Source of the DNA: a virus
IMG/VR virus record: IMGVR_UViG_3300045988_094674
Coordinates: 32,001 to 96,000 of that record
Length of the DNA stretch: 64,000 nt
Reading direction: 5' to 3' (one strand)
Under the pieces are notes generated by a model. The model did not search any database and was not told where the DNA came from. It saw only the letters and a program-made list of their open reading frames with translations. Positions within the stretch are counted from its first letter, which is position 1. The number at the start of each line of letters is the position of its first letter. The translations under genes and the position numbers were made by a program. Shown piece by piece: positions 29,469 through 38,577 of this stretch.

Positions 29469-30017
29469 ATGGATTTAGGAAACGCAACTAAGTATTTTTA
29501 TGGGCGTCACGGGGCCGTAGAGTCTGTCACTCCAGTTTATCGCCCCAACATTAAAATTAACAAATTACACGACGATGCTCATCTGCCGACTTATGGCTCT
29601 AAAAACGCTACTTGTGCAGACCTGTATGCATACATCGATTTTGATGACGCAACGATTGTAAATAAGAATGGTGACCGTTGCATTATGATTCAGCCTCATG
29701 AGACTGTTAAAGTACATACTGGTCTGCGGATGGCACCGCCGGAAGGTTGGTATGTCGCTATCTATGCTCGCAGCGGTTTAGCAACTAAGCTTGGACTTGC
29801 TCCTGCGAACAAAATTGGCGTGTGCGATCAAGATTACCGTGGAGAGTATATCGTTGCGCTACATAACCACTCCAATATCCCGCAGATGATTACTCATGGT
29901 TACCGTATTGCTCAGATGGCAGTTGTTCCGTTCTGGCAGGCTGATTTTGAAGAAGTTTCCGAATTGGACGAAACTGAACGTGGGGCCGGTGGGTTTGGTT
30001 CTACTGGGGTGAAGTAA
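29469..30017 (+). CDS. dut: dUTP diphosphatase
   Basis: YARSGLA, GVCDQDYRGE, ERGAGGFGSTG motifs. Confidence 0.9.
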   Translation: MDLGNATKYFYGRHGAVESVTPVYRPNIKINKLHDDAHLPTYGSKNATCADLYAYIDFDDATIVNKNGDRCIMIQPHETVKVHTGLRMAPPEGWYVAIYARSGLATKLGLAPANKIGVCDQDYRGEYIVALHNHSNIPQMITHGYRIAQMAVVPFWQADFEEVSELDETERGAGGFGSTGVK

Positions 30018-30029
30018 TGGAGAGTGTAT

Positions 30030-30353
30030 ATGAAGTATTATACGGTTGAATCTCATGCCGAGAAAGAAGCTCCATTTGGAATTGCATGGCAAGTAAAGCT
30101 GTTTGACGAGCATACTCTTCTGGAGGAATACGACCATATCTTTTATAACGAGATCGCTGGCTACTGCAAATGCCTTGAGGATATGGGGTTTATTGAAAAT
30201 GTTGAAGTCAAAGTTGATATTAAAAGCGAATTGAAGAAGCTACAGGACTTCCAGAAGAGTATCGATGAAATCACGGCGAAGGCCGCGATGCTGGAAAATC
30301 CTGCAAAAAGTGTAGAAACACCTTCAATTAGAACGAAATATTCATTCTGGTAA
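30030..30353 (+). CDS. hypothetical protein
   Basis: ATG 30030 after GGAGAG. Confidence 0.45.
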   Translation: MKYYTVESHAEKEAPFGIAWQVKLFDEHTLLEEYDHIFYNEIAGYCKCLEDMGFIENVEVKVDIKSELKKLQDFQKSIDEITAKAAMLENPAKSVETPSIRTKYSFW

Positions 30354-30380
30354 AAGGTAAATTTTACGGAGGAAGTTTCT

Positions 30381-30713
30381 ATGGCATACGCAGGCAAAAA
30401 TGGATACGATAAAGACACTGATATTTTATTTCCGATAGCTACTAATATTATTGGGTGGGTAGGTAAAGCAGATAGAGAAGAGATTCTTGATCTCAGTTTT
30501 GAACGAATTTCCCTTTATCAAGTAGGGAAGATCCTTGAAAAACTTGGCTATCAGAATATTGATATGAGCGAAAACGGATGGGAAATGGATTACTGGTGGG
30601 AGTACGAACTTGCCAATAACGCCAATGATATTCCAAACCTTCCTTATCGAGTTCAAATTAAAGGAAGTTGCGCAGAGGGCACAATGATGCTTAATGTTTT
30701 AGATAACGAATAA
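30381..30713 (+). CDS. hypothetical protein
   Basis: RBS GGAGGAAG. Confidence 0.45.
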   Translation: MAYAGKNGYDKDTDILFPIATNIIGWVGKADREEILDLSFERISLYQVGKILEKLGYQNIDMSENGWEMDYWWEYELANNANDIPNLPYRVQIKGSCAEGTMMLNVLDNE

Positions 30714-30749
30714 CTCTAATAGTAGTGGTGGGTGGGAGGAATAAATAAT

Positions 30750-30995
30750 ATGAAACGAAACATCACAATAAATCAGACTTGCACTTGTAATGGTGATAAC
30801 TGTACTCAAATTGGAATCATTCGCAACGATGAAGTGTATGTCATGCAAACAAGTTCTCCGAAAAGAGAGGGCCCAGCGGAATTTACATGCAGTATGTCTG
30901 AGCCAAAACCTCATTTGAAGGATTCCCTTTATAAGATTGTAGAAAAACTAAATAGTCTTATTGGATTGATTATAGATGTGTTTAACGATATCTGA
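30750..30995 (+). CDS. hypothetical protein
   Basis: ATG 30750 after GGGAGG. Confidence 0.4.
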   Translation: MKRNITINQTCTCNGDNCTQIGIIRNDEVYVMQTSSPKREGPAEFTCSMSEPKPHLKDSLYKIVEKLNSLIGLIIDVFNDI

Positions 30996-31008
30996 TCAAG
31001 GAGATAGT

Positions 31009-31245
31009 ATGAAAGCACATATTCGAGAAGAAAAGAAAACAGCTCCATTAAAACTTGGTAAAGGAACGCTGTTTCAAAATAAAGACGGCAAAATGTATAA
31101 GGTCTGCGACACAGCAGAATATGATGAGACACATACCGACGATGAAGTTATTAAAGTTGCTCTATCTGAAGAAAATAAGGTTCAAGAAAAAAATCTTAAA
31201 GATATTTTTAATAGGTCGTTTGTGTTTGCGGCGAATAATATTTGA
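31009..31245 (+). CDS. hypothetical protein
   Basis: ATG 31009 after AAGGAGA. Confidence 0.4.
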   Translation: MKAHIREEKKTAPLKLGKGTLFQNKDGKMYKVCDTAEYDETHTDDEVIKVALSEENKVQEKNLKDIFNRSFVFAANNI

Positions 31246-31255
31246 GGAATAAAAT

Positions 31256-31609
31256 ATGGTTTACGACATTAAAACAGTTCCAGAAGATACTCCTATATGG
31301 TGTACTGGATTTAGATTTGACGATACAAAGGCTGGCATCAAATGTGAGCCTGTCTTTGGTACTTTTGAAGAAAGAAGTTGCTATTCTAAGTTCCATACCT
31401 TGAGTAACAAAACGAGATCAAAAACTTTTAGCGTTGGGGCAAATCCTGATTGTTATCGTTTCGCAGACACTTATGAAGAAGCGGCAACTGAATATAATGG
31501 TATGATTTTTGCTGCCAAATACGAGCTTATTAAAAAACAAGAATATCTAGAGCAGTGCTTGCTGGCTGATAAGAATGGGTCAGTATATAATCGTGTAAGT
31601 ATGCAGTAA
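31256..31609 (+). CDS. hypothetical protein, paralog A
   Basis: Shares VPED..WCTGFRFDDTKAGI.C.PV.G and FADTYEEAA with 32662-32997. Confidence 0.55.
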   Translation: MVYDIKTVPEDTPIWCTGFRFDDTKAGIKCEPVFGTFEERSCYSKFHTLSNKTRSKTFSVGANPDCYRFADTYEEAATEYNGMIFAAKYELIKKQEYLEQCLLADKNGSVYNRVSMQ

Positions 31610-31638
31610 AATGTATGTTTTAGAAAGAGTTAAGAATA

Positions 31639-32037
31639 ATGGAAATTTGGGAGTTGAATCTTTTACATGATGGGGATATAGAACGAATATGTATGTGCTC
31701 TGACGAGCAACCACTATTTGAAATGGCAATCGATAGAGCATTTAATTTATTTGCAAAAATAAATGAGTGGCCGCTTGAACAAGATCATTGCCATACTTCT
31801 ATAAATGTAAACGCGCATCTTCATTCTGTTTTTGTAAAAATCAGTACACAAGGTGACAACACAGTTGAACTCTGGGAGTATAAATGGGAATGTATTTATA
31901 AAGAACCTCATGAAGACAAGTCTAGTGACACCTTACTTCAAAAAGTTGTTTCTCATGTACGAGACATTCCAAAACTATTTTATGATTGGGCAGATAATTT
32001 CTGCTGGAAAGCGAGAAAAAATGGCTATTTGCAGTAA
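31639..32037 (+). CDS. hypothetical protein
   Basis: 132-aa ORF. Confidence 0.45.
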   Translation: MEIWELNLLHDGDIERICMCSDEQPLFEMAIDRAFNLFAKINEWPLEQDHCHTSINVNAHLHSVFVKISTQGDNTVELWEYKWECIYKEPHEDKSSDTLLQKVVSHVRDIPKLFYDWADNFCWKARKNGYLQ

Positions 32038-32404
32038 ATGTCTACATAAAGAAGTATGCGCTTTTAAGAAGCAAACAAGAGATAGTTGCGCCGAATCTTG
32101 CGAATACTTCCTCGGTTGGGTCAAGGTCTGTGATGAACGTCCGATCCTTTTAAAAGACAACGTTGTAATAAGCGATTACGGTATGTCGTTTATTGGATAT
32201 TACGATTACAATAAGAGAGATCGAGAACACTTTTGCGATTCAAACACCCTCGAAAAAATTTATGAATGTCCATCTTACTGGCTGAAAGGACTTGCTTTAC
32301 ATGAGCAGGAAAAAATCGCTAACAAAGAATATAAACAACGATTGGTGGCTCGCAAAGAATCGGAGAGCGTACTTCAAACTGTTCCTGATGCAGACGATAG
32401 TTGA
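32021..32404 (+). CDS. hypothetical Cys-rich protein
   Basis: ATG 32021; CSKCLHKEVC...C..SC. Confidence 0.4.
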   Translation: MAICSKCLHKEVCAFKKQTRDSCAESCEYFLGWVKVCDERPILLKDNVVISDYGMSFIGYYDYNKRDREHFCDSNTLEKIYECPSYWLKGLALHEQEKIANKEYKQRLVARKESESVLQTVPDADDS

Positions 32405-32458
32405 CTTTTTTGACGCAATTTGCAGAGCGTGTGAGAGAATCGAAGGATGGTGTAAGAG

Positions 32459-32611
32459 ATGAGAAAGATGTCACTAAAAGAGATGAACAGAATGTACCAT
32501 CTTCGAGAGCATGGCCGTTCTAAAAAGGTTCGTAAAAAGAATCATCATCGGGCGCAAAAATATCTTAATAGATTTGGTGCCATTCCTTACGATTACGAAA
32601 AATACATTTAA
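32459..32611 (+). CDS. small basic protein (50 aa, below cutoff)
   Basis: Hand translation MRKMSLKEMNRMYHLREHGRSKKVRKKNHHRAQ... Confidence 0.3.
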   Translation: MRKMSLKEMNRMYHLREHGRSKKVRKKNHHRAQKYLNRFGAIPYDYEKYI

Positions 32612-32661
32612 GAACTAGACTTTTATGAGGTAACTTATGGGTTGGAGAAAGGAATAAATAT

Positions 32662-32997
32662 ATGACTTATACATTCGATACTGTTCCAGAAGATAAAGAA
32701 GTCTGGTGCACTGGATTTCGATTTGACGATACGAAAGCCGGCATCAATTGCAAGCCGGTACAAGGGACTATTCATGACAAGGATTATTGGAAGTCGAAGT
32801 TTAAAACAAAAAATCGCACAATCAGCGTGAGTACAAATCAATCGTATTATGCATTTGCTGATACTTACGAAGAGGCCGCACATATTTATAATGAGATGAT
32901 AAACACATTTCTTGTTGAGCTTGATAATAGATACCACAAAATCGCAAGTTCATTAGAAGGCTGCTATCTATCAAATGATCGTGGTGTGATGTATTAA
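32662..32997 (+). CDS. hypothetical protein, paralog B
   Basis: RBS GGAGAAAGGA; paralog of 31256-31609. Confidence 0.55.
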   Translation: MTYTFDTVPEDKEVWCTGFRFDDTKAGINCKPVQGTIHDKDYWKSKFKTKNRTISVSTNQSYYAFADTYEEAAHIYNEMINTFLVELDNRYHKIASSLEGCYLSNDRGVMY

Positions 32998-33075
32998 AAA
33001 AGATCATCTGTTGCAGGTAGAGACACTAACTCCAAGATTGAAGGAAAAATATTTGAGCAGATTGGGGTACTTACT

Positions 33076-33276
33076 GTGACAAGAAAACGATATATTAAAT
33101 TGATTATGTCTTTGCTGTATACACGAAACGAAGCTATCGCTCAAGCAAAATACATTAACGATTTAATGAAAACAGATCCACGTTGCACTTATCAAGTTTC
33201 GTGTGATGTTATCGATGAATATGATAATCATTGTATTGAAGTGATAAACAAAAAGAAAGCGAAAGAATATGGCTAA
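33076..33276 (+). CDS. hypothetical protein (start uncertain)
   Basis: GTG-start 66-aa ORF. Confidence 0.35.
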   Translation: MTRKRYIKLIMSLLYTRNEAIAQAKYINDLMKTDPRCTYQVSCDVIDEYDNHCIEVINKKKAKEYG

Positions 33277-33469
33277 AGAATTAGGGTTTTATAAAGACCA
33301 AACAGAATATTATAAAAGATCAATCGAAGATCTACTGCAACATTATACTGATAGCTGTGGCATGTGTACGGTTAATTTAGATTGTAGTGAATGCGTTGTG
33401 GATGATTTTATCAATCAGCTACGAAATATTCTGTATAGTAGTAGTGAGTATAAAGGGGAAAACATATGA
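33269..33469 (+). CDS. hypothetical protein
   Basis: 66-aa ORF overlapping neighbours. Confidence 0.4.
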   Translation: MAKELGFYKDQTEYYKRSIEDLLQHYTDSCGMCTVNLDCSECVVDDFINQLRNILYSSSEYKGENI

Positions 33470-33876
33470 AGCTGCTTTTACAGTCTAATGGAGGGTTTTC
33501 TGGATTCTATAGTAGATTTATTTTGATTGATACAGACCTACACAAAATGGTAAAAACGGATGGCCTTATGAAAGATGGTCTAACTAGAATAAAATATATT
33601 TTGGACTATATCGATAATGAGAAGATTCCAGATGTTGATGATTTTGGCAAATCTCTTTGTCAGGATTTCAATTATGATATTTCACTACTTGAATGTTTTT
33701 TACCGACCGCCAAAGTTGTCACTAATGAATCCGTCATAATGGACGACATCAATTATGATGTTTATCTATCATCTGAAAACGTTCCGTACAGAAAGTTCAG
33801 ATTGAATTCTTCATCATATCTTGAAAATGACGCTCTCAGCGTAAAGCTTAGGGAACTATTTCAGACATTTTTATAA
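33466..33876 (+). CDS. hypothetical protein
   Basis: ATGA overlap; 136 aa. Confidence 0.45.
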   Translation: MKLLLQSNGGFSGFYSRFILIDTDLHKMVKTDGLMKDGLTRIKYILDYIDNEKIPDVDDFGKSLCQDFNYDISLLECFLPTAKVVTNESVIMDDINYDVYLSSENVPYRKFRLNSSSYLENDALSVKLRELFQTFL

Positions 33877-33887
33877 ACTAGTGTTTT

Positions 33888-34364
33888 ATGAAGCGTGAAA
33901 ATAATATTTATGTACAAAGAGCAAAAGCTACAGCAAAAACAAAACCACTTGTAGATGACATCGTTAAAACACTATCTTCAGAGGAACAGCGGATGCTTGG
34001 TGTTTATAACGATGAATATCTAACAATTCCGGCAGGGGGACATGTTATAAAAAGATTTTTAAAAATCAGTGACAATACTCCTGTTGCGTTTTTTGACCTG
34101 TTTGAAGAATGGTCATATATAGATGTAGCGGTTGCAACAAGAAACGATAAAAACTATCGAGGACATGGATATGCATTGAATCTTGCACAATCGGCAATTA
34201 AATGGTATACAGCTCACAGATCCGATTTTGATAATAAACCGCTATTGTGGATAACTCGAAAAGATAATATGGCATCAAATCAATTGGCTTTGAAAATTGG
34301 GATGCATCCAGATGATACTTACAATAAATCCAACGAAGTTTGGAATTGCTACAGATACTCGTAA
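33888..34364 (+). CDS. GNAT-like N-acetyltransferase
   Basis: NYRGHGYALNLAQSAIKWY resembles GNAT motif A. Confidence 0.5.
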   Translation: MKRENNIYVQRAKATAKTKPLVDDIVKTLSSEEQRMLGVYNDEYLTIPAGGHVIKRFLKISDNTPVAFFDLFEEWSYIDVAVATRNDKNYRGHGYALNLAQSAIKWYTAHRSDFDNKPLLWITRKDNMASNQLALKIGMHPDDTYNKSNEVWNCYRYS

Positions 34365-34401
34365 TTTTATAAAACTTGAATTCTTATAAAGGAGGTTCAC
34401 A

Positions 34402-35232
34402 ATGATTATTGACTGCAAATCTATTGCACAAGATATCAAAAATAAAATCAAGAATATTATCGCAGAAGCTGACTATGCTCCTGTTTTATATATTTATCAA
34501 GTAGGGGACAACCCTGCGTCTAACGCCTATATTCGTGGTAAGCTGCGTGACTGTGAAGAGGTGGGAATCGAAGCGGAGCTTATCAAACTGCCAGAAGATA
34601 TTACGGATGATGAATTAAATAACAAGATACTGGAAGATTATAATTATAATTGGGAAGATGTGGACGGTATCATCGTCCAGCTTCCACTGCCAAAACATGT
34701 CGATCCTAAAAATATTTGTATTCCAGACGCGGTTGATGTTGATGGTTTTAATTCTACATCTCCATTTCAGCCGTGCACTCCGCTGGGCGTTATGAAGATT
34801 TTCGACGCGATTGGTTACGATTTGGATGGCAAGAATGTGCTTGTGTGTGGTCAATCTGATATTGTGGGTCGTCCACTGGTTGATATGCTGATTAAGCGGC
34901 ACTGTAATGTGATCTCTGTGAATAGTACGGGGGATTATATGAAGAATACTGCTTACGTTACAAAACTAGCAAATGTTGTCATCTCTGCGGTTGGAAAACG
35001 TAATTTTATTTCTCATATAGATCTATTCAACACAGATGTCTGCATTGATGTTGGTATCAACTATGACGAGAATGGCAAACAACATGGTGATTGTTCTGAC
35101 GATATTTATGAGATGAAAGATATCAAGGTAACCCCTCGTATCGGCGGAGTTGGCCTCATGACCCGTGCCATGCTCTTATATAATGTATGTGTGGCTAGAT
35201 ATGGTGAACATAAGATGGAGAGCATCCTATAA
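34402..35232 (+). CDS. folD: bifunctional methylene-THF dehydrogenase/methenyl-THF cyclohydrolase
   Basis: YIRGKLRDCEEVGI, VQLPLPKHVD, DVDGFN, PCTPLGVMKI, GQSDIVGRPL, PRIGGVGLMTRAMLL. Confidence 0.9.
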   Translation: MIIDCKSIAQDIKNKIKNIIAEADYAPVLYIYQVGDNPASNAYIRGKLRDCEEVGIEAELIKLPEDITDDELNNKILEDYNYNWEDVDGIIVQLPLPKHVDPKNICIPDAVDVDGFNSTSPFQPCTPLGVMKIFDAIGYDLDGKNVLVCGQSDIVGRPLVDMLIKRHCNVISVNSTGDYMKNTAYVTKLANVVISAVGKRNFISHIDLFNTDVCIDVGINYDENGKQHGDCSDDIYEMKDIKVTPRIGGVGLMTRAMLLYNVCVARYGEHKMESIL

Positions 35233-35259
35233 TATAGATGATAAGAAGTGGAGAACATT

Positions 35260-35454
35260 ATGGAAAGTAAAGAAGCAAAGTTGGTGTACACACCAAAAGA
35301 CATTCAGAAGATGCTGTCACTCAGCAAGAGTGCGGTATACAATCTCATTCGAGACGGCTCTATTCCGTCTGTTAAAATCGGACATTCCTATAGAGTCGGT
35401 GTAACCCAGTTTAATCAATGGTGTAAAGACAATGCAATCGACAAAATTTGCTGA
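35260..35454 (+). CDS. xis: excisionase-family HTH DNA-binding protein
   Basis: ATG 35260 after GGAGAA; YTPKDIQKMLSLSKSAVYNLIRDGSIPSVKIGHSYRV. Confidence 0.7.
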   Translation: MESKEAKLVYTPKDIQKMLSLSKSAVYNLIRDGSIPSVKIGHSYRVGVTQFNQWCKDNAIDKIC

Positions 35455-35480
35455 TGCGACATGGGTTCTTTGTCGTGGCT

Positions 35481-35512
35481 AGGTTACATCTGGGTTACAT
35501 TTTAGGTTACAT
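35481..35512. repeat. three direct GGTTACAT repeats (candidate integrase arm-type sites, left arm)
   Basis: Copies at 35482, 35493 and 35505, spaced 11-12 bp. Confidence 0.65.
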
Positions 35513-35523
35513 AATGCCAAAAA

Positions 35524-35613
35524 GACAATATGGACTATATGGAAAGAATGGACAATATGCGCCGATTTTCAACAAAGATTTACTGAATTATCTGCACTAT
35601 ATGGACAATATGC
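35524..35613. repeat. TATGGAC(A/T)ATATG repeats x3 in attP
   Basis: ATGGACAATATGC at 35548-35560 and 35601-35613, plus TATGGACTATATGG near 35530. Confidence 0.5.
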
Positions 35614-35630
35614 ACTAAAAAGACCGATTT

Positions 35631-35659
35631 GATGGCAGTTCGACTCCCATCGCCTCCAC
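35631..35659 (+). other. tRNA/tmRNA 3'-end mimic = candidate attP core
   Basis: GTTCGACTCCCAT (T-loop and 3' T-stem) + CGCCTCC (acceptor 3' strand, U70-type) + A; no upstream D or anticodon arms. Confidence 0.6.
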
Positions 35660-35663
35660 TTCT

Positions 35664-35712
35664 AACGGCTAGAAATTGACGTTAATTCGTTGGTTTCTAG
35701 CCGTTTTCTTTG
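35664..35712 (+). terminator. intrinsic terminator following the tRNA-like core
   Basis: 12-bp stem AACGGCTAGAAA/TTTCTAGCCGTT followed by TTCTTTG. Confidence 0.7.
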
Positions 35713-35717
35713 TAAAA

Positions 35718-35745
35718 ATGTAACCGGTTACATTTTAGGTTGCAT
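35718..35745. repeat. palindrome ATGTAACCGGTTACAT plus variant GGTTGCAT
   Basis: Perfect 16-bp palindrome built from two inverted GGTTACAT units. Confidence 0.6.
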
Positions 35746-35768
35746 TTTATTTTGGAATTTGTTACAAT
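35740..35768 (+). promoter_or_regulatory. candidate integrase promoter overlapping arm repeats
   Basis: TTGCAT, 17-nt spacer, TACAAT. Confidence 0.5.
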
Positions 35769-35789
35769 GGTGTCGTGAAGATTTTTCTC

Positions 35790-35821
35790 GGTTACATTTC
35801 AGGTTACATAGCTGGTTACAT
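35790..35821. repeat. three direct GGTTACAT repeats (right arm, in int 5' UTR)
   Basis: Copies at 35790, 35802 and 35814, spaced 12 bp. Confidence 0.65.
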
Positions 35822-35855
35822 CAACTGGCGAGATTTTCAAAAAGGAGAGTCTAAA

Positions 35856-37001
35856 ATGAGAGAGAAAGTTGTGCAGAACATCTATTACGACCGAGAAAAG
35901 AAAACCTATATTGTCTACTTCAACTACGGCAAAGATCCTTCTGGTAAGTATATTCGTAAGACTAAAACCTATAAGGACATCCGCACAGCAAAGCGTGAAT
36001 TGAAGAATTTTGAGGCAGAAAAGGTCAACCAAGAGCTTGTCGATCCTTCTGACATCGCATTCAAGGAGTACGCAGAACAATGGCTCAAGTATAAGACGTC
36101 AAGCTGCGAGGCCACCACAATATATGGCTACACCCAGTTTTTAAATAAACACATCTATCCATTCATGGGCGATATGCCACTCCAAAGCATCACGTCTGAC
36201 ACAATCAACGATTATATTTATTTCAAAACTCACTGCGACAAGAAAGACAATCCACTCAGCTTGAACTCGATTCGCAAACACTATGACCTGTTAAAACAGC
36301 TTTTTGATCGAGCGGTCGATTCAGACAGAATAAAAAAGAACCCTGTAAACAATGTTGCACCACCCAAGAAGACAGACGCTGAAATATCTGTGTATACCGC
36401 AGAACAGTTGCAGATGCTATTTTCGATTATAAGCGGTACAAGAATGGAACCCATTGTAAAACTTGCAGGATACCTCGGCCTTCGTAGAGAGGAAATATGT
36501 GGACTAAAATGGGAATCAGTGAATTTTGAAAAGAACGTAATCTATATCAATAACGCAAGAACGTTTGCCGGTACTACTGTAGAGAAGGGAACAAAAAGTA
36601 AACGCAGCACTCGTGTTCTGGCAATGCCGCAGGATTTGGCAAAAACTCTAAAAGAGATCAAAGCAGAGCATGACGACTACAAAGCAAAACTTCAAGCTGA
36701 CCATGGATTTGAGTATGTGATAAGCATGGAAAACGGGATGCCTATGCGCCCAAACTACGTCAGCGATTGCTTTAAGAAAACGATTGATGATGCACATCTG
36801 CCACACATAACCCTTCATGGTATTCGTCATAGTTTCGCTTCTGTTGCAAACGAACTTGGGATTCCTCTTTATGAAATATCCACATCCCTTGGTCATTCCA
36901 ATACAACTATCACAGAGCAGATTTATGTAAAGCTGTTTGATGCAAAGCATACGGACACTATAAACACAGTTGCTGATGCGCTCGCCACAAAAGATAAATA
37001 A
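35856..37001 (+). CDS. int: tyrosine recombinase / phage integrase
   Basis: ATG 35856 after AAAGGAGAG; SAM-like N-domain; catalytic GLRREE, HGIRHSF, LGHSNTTITEQIY. Confidence 0.9.
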   Translation: MREKVVQNIYYDREKKTYIVYFNYGKDPSGKYIRKTKTYKDIRTAKRELKNFEAEKVNQELVDPSDIAFKEYAEQWLKYKTSSCEATTIYGYTQFLNKHIYPFMGDMPLQSITSDTINDYIYFKTHCDKKDNPLSLNSIRKHYDLLKQLFDRAVDSDRIKKNPVNNVAPPKKTDAEISVYTAEQLQMLFSIISGTRMEPIVKLAGYLGLRREEICGLKWESVNFEKNVIYINNARTFAGTTVEKGTKSKRSTRVLAMPQDLAKTLKEIKAEHDDYKAKLQADHGFEYVISMENGMPMRPNYVSDCFKKTIDDAHLPHITLHGIRHSFASVANELGIPLYEISTSLGHSNTTITEQIYVKLFDAKHTDTINTVADALATKDK

Positions 37002-37039
37002 TCTAATTAAGGTGCATGAACACTCTCCGACGCCTTTTA

Positions 37040-37068
37040 TTGAATCGCAACAGAATAAGTGGCATAAT
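37040..37068 (+). promoter_or_regulatory. sigma70-type promoter of the int-adjacent operon
   Basis: TTGAAT, 17-nt spacer, TGgCATAAT (extended -10). Confidence 0.55.
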
Positions 37069-37097
37069 ATAAAAAACCGACTTGGAGGTTTCGCACA

Positions 37098-37532
37098 ATG
37101 ACTGAATTTGAAGTTGAACGTATCAAGCAAGCGCTCGCAGTTTTAAAAGAACAAAAACTTAAAACATATGAAGATCAGGTCGGTAGATGTGATAACCCCA
37201 AACAATTGGCTAGAGAAGTCAAAAAGTATACCAGTGCTATAAATGATGTTGAGGCACTGCTTAAAAATTATGGTCTTCTTACGGCGGGCGTATCGCAAAC
37301 AGCAGAGCAGTTAAATAGCCCTGAAAAAGAGCACATGTATCGCTTTGGTGTTAAATACAAAGCATATGCACCAGAAGAATATGCTGATTGGGCTTATAAC
37401 GAAGTCCGCACCCAAATCGGTTGTACGGAAAATGAAGCAAAAGAATATTTAGAATCACATTTGCAGTTTGAATATTGCAACGATAAAACCTTCCGTGACT
37501 TACAAATCGAATTGATTGATCAATTTTATTGA
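37098..37532 (+). CDS. hypothetical protein
   Basis: RBS GGAGG; 144 aa. Confidence 0.5.
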   Translation: MTEFEVERIKQALAVLKEQKLKTYEDQVGRCDNPKQLAREVKKYTSAINDVEALLKNYGLLTAGVSQTAEQLNSPEKEHMYRFGVKYKAYAPEEYADWAYNEVRTQIGCTENEAKEYLESHLQFEYCNDKTFRDLQIELIDQFY

Positions 37533-37539
37533 GGCTATC

Positions 37540-38577
37540 ATGAAGAAAGAAATGTATCTGCCACTTGAGATGTTAAAGAAAATTACAGAACAATATCCAA
37601 AAGCATGGGAGCAAATGGCAATGTTTCATAGTGAAAATGGGTCACCAGAACTTGGATCATGGCCTGAATGGTGCTATACTCCAATGAGCGCTGCGTTGGC
37701 AGTAGCATCCAAAGGGTATGATTTAAACAAGCTTCCTATTGATATAAGAATGGGAATAACATCCGTGGCTCAGGCAATATTTGCATTAGCTCCGTGGCGA
37801 TTAAATAAAGAGGTCTATGTCGTCGATGAAGATTTAAAGAATCTTTTATTTGAGCAAGACGGAGAACTCGATGTCCCTGACGAAATATTATTACAGCTTC
37901 CATATCCGTGTTTTTATGTAGAACTGCCAAACACATACTATAGGGCAGATAAGATTCATGGATTCTTTGTGACGCTGGAATATGACATTATTAACGGTGA
38001 CAAAGAGTTAAAACCTGTTTTTCTTACGGAAGATGGAAGCGTATTCAGCTATTCCATTCATATTGGAGCAAAAACAATAGAGGAAAGTGTGGATATGCTC
38101 GATAAACAGGCTCTTGAAAATACGAACGGAAATAAAGAACTAAAACGTTTGGCGCTAAGAGCGATACAGGATTCAGCAGAAACAAAAATATTCTTAAAAC
38201 GAATCCTCCAAGTGATATTATATATTCTTGCACAAAACGCAGAAATTACGCAAAATTTTGAGCAGTCATTTATCACAAAAAGAGGAAAAACAATCAAGGA
38301 TAAATATTCAGAAATACGCAAGTGGGATGTTGGTATTCGTGTTGGGGCTGCAATAAGGCAGCAGAAAATGCGCGAGCAGTCTGAACAACCAGAACGAAAT
38401 CAAAATGGGCATAATTCTCCAAGACCTCATATGCGTCGTGGTCATTGGCATCATTTCTGGACCGGACCAAAGACACAACCTGAAGAACGCAAACTTATTT
38501 TAAAATGGCTATCACCTATGACGGTTGCAACAAACACGGATGATACGCCTGTTGTAATTCATAAGGTGGGACTATGA
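37540..38577 (+). CDS. hypothetical protein with basic His/Arg/Trp C-terminal motif
   Basis: ATG 37540; 345 aa; C-terminal RPHMRRGHWHHFWTGP...LKWLSPMTV. Confidence 0.5.
   Translation: MKKEMYLPLEMLKKITEQYPKAWEQMAMFHSENGSPELGSWPEWCYTPMSAALAVASKGYDLNKLPIDIRMGITSVAQAIFALAPWRLNKEVYVVDEDLKNLLFEQDGELDVPDEILLQLPYPCFYVELPNTYYRADKIHGFFVTLEYDIINGDKELKPVFLTEDGSVFSYSIHIGAKTIEESVDMLDKQALENTNGNKELKRLALRAIQDSAETKIFLKRILQVILYILAQNAEITQNFEQSFITKRGKTIKDKYSEIRKWDVGIRVGAAIRQQKMREQSEQPERNQNGHNSPRPHMRRGHWHHFWTGPKTQPEERKLILKWLSPMTVATNTDDTPVVIHKVGL

Larger units (their letters stand above)
35260..37001 (+). mobile_element. site-specific integration module (xis - attP - int)
   Basis: Xis-like HTH, repeat-flanked tRNA-like core and a tyrosine integrase, in that order. 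Confidence 0.75.

Noticed and set aside
35631-35659. A complete tRNA gene at attP
   Set aside because: Only the T-loop, 3' T-stem and acceptor 3' strand are present. The upstream sequence cannot form D or anticodon arms. It is an att core fragment.
35775-35855. GTG-start N-terminal extension of integrase (MKIFLGYISGYIAGYINW...)
   Set aside because: The repetitive GYI peptide is just the translation of the GGTTACAT arm repeats. ATG 35856 has a strong AAAGGAGAG RBS.
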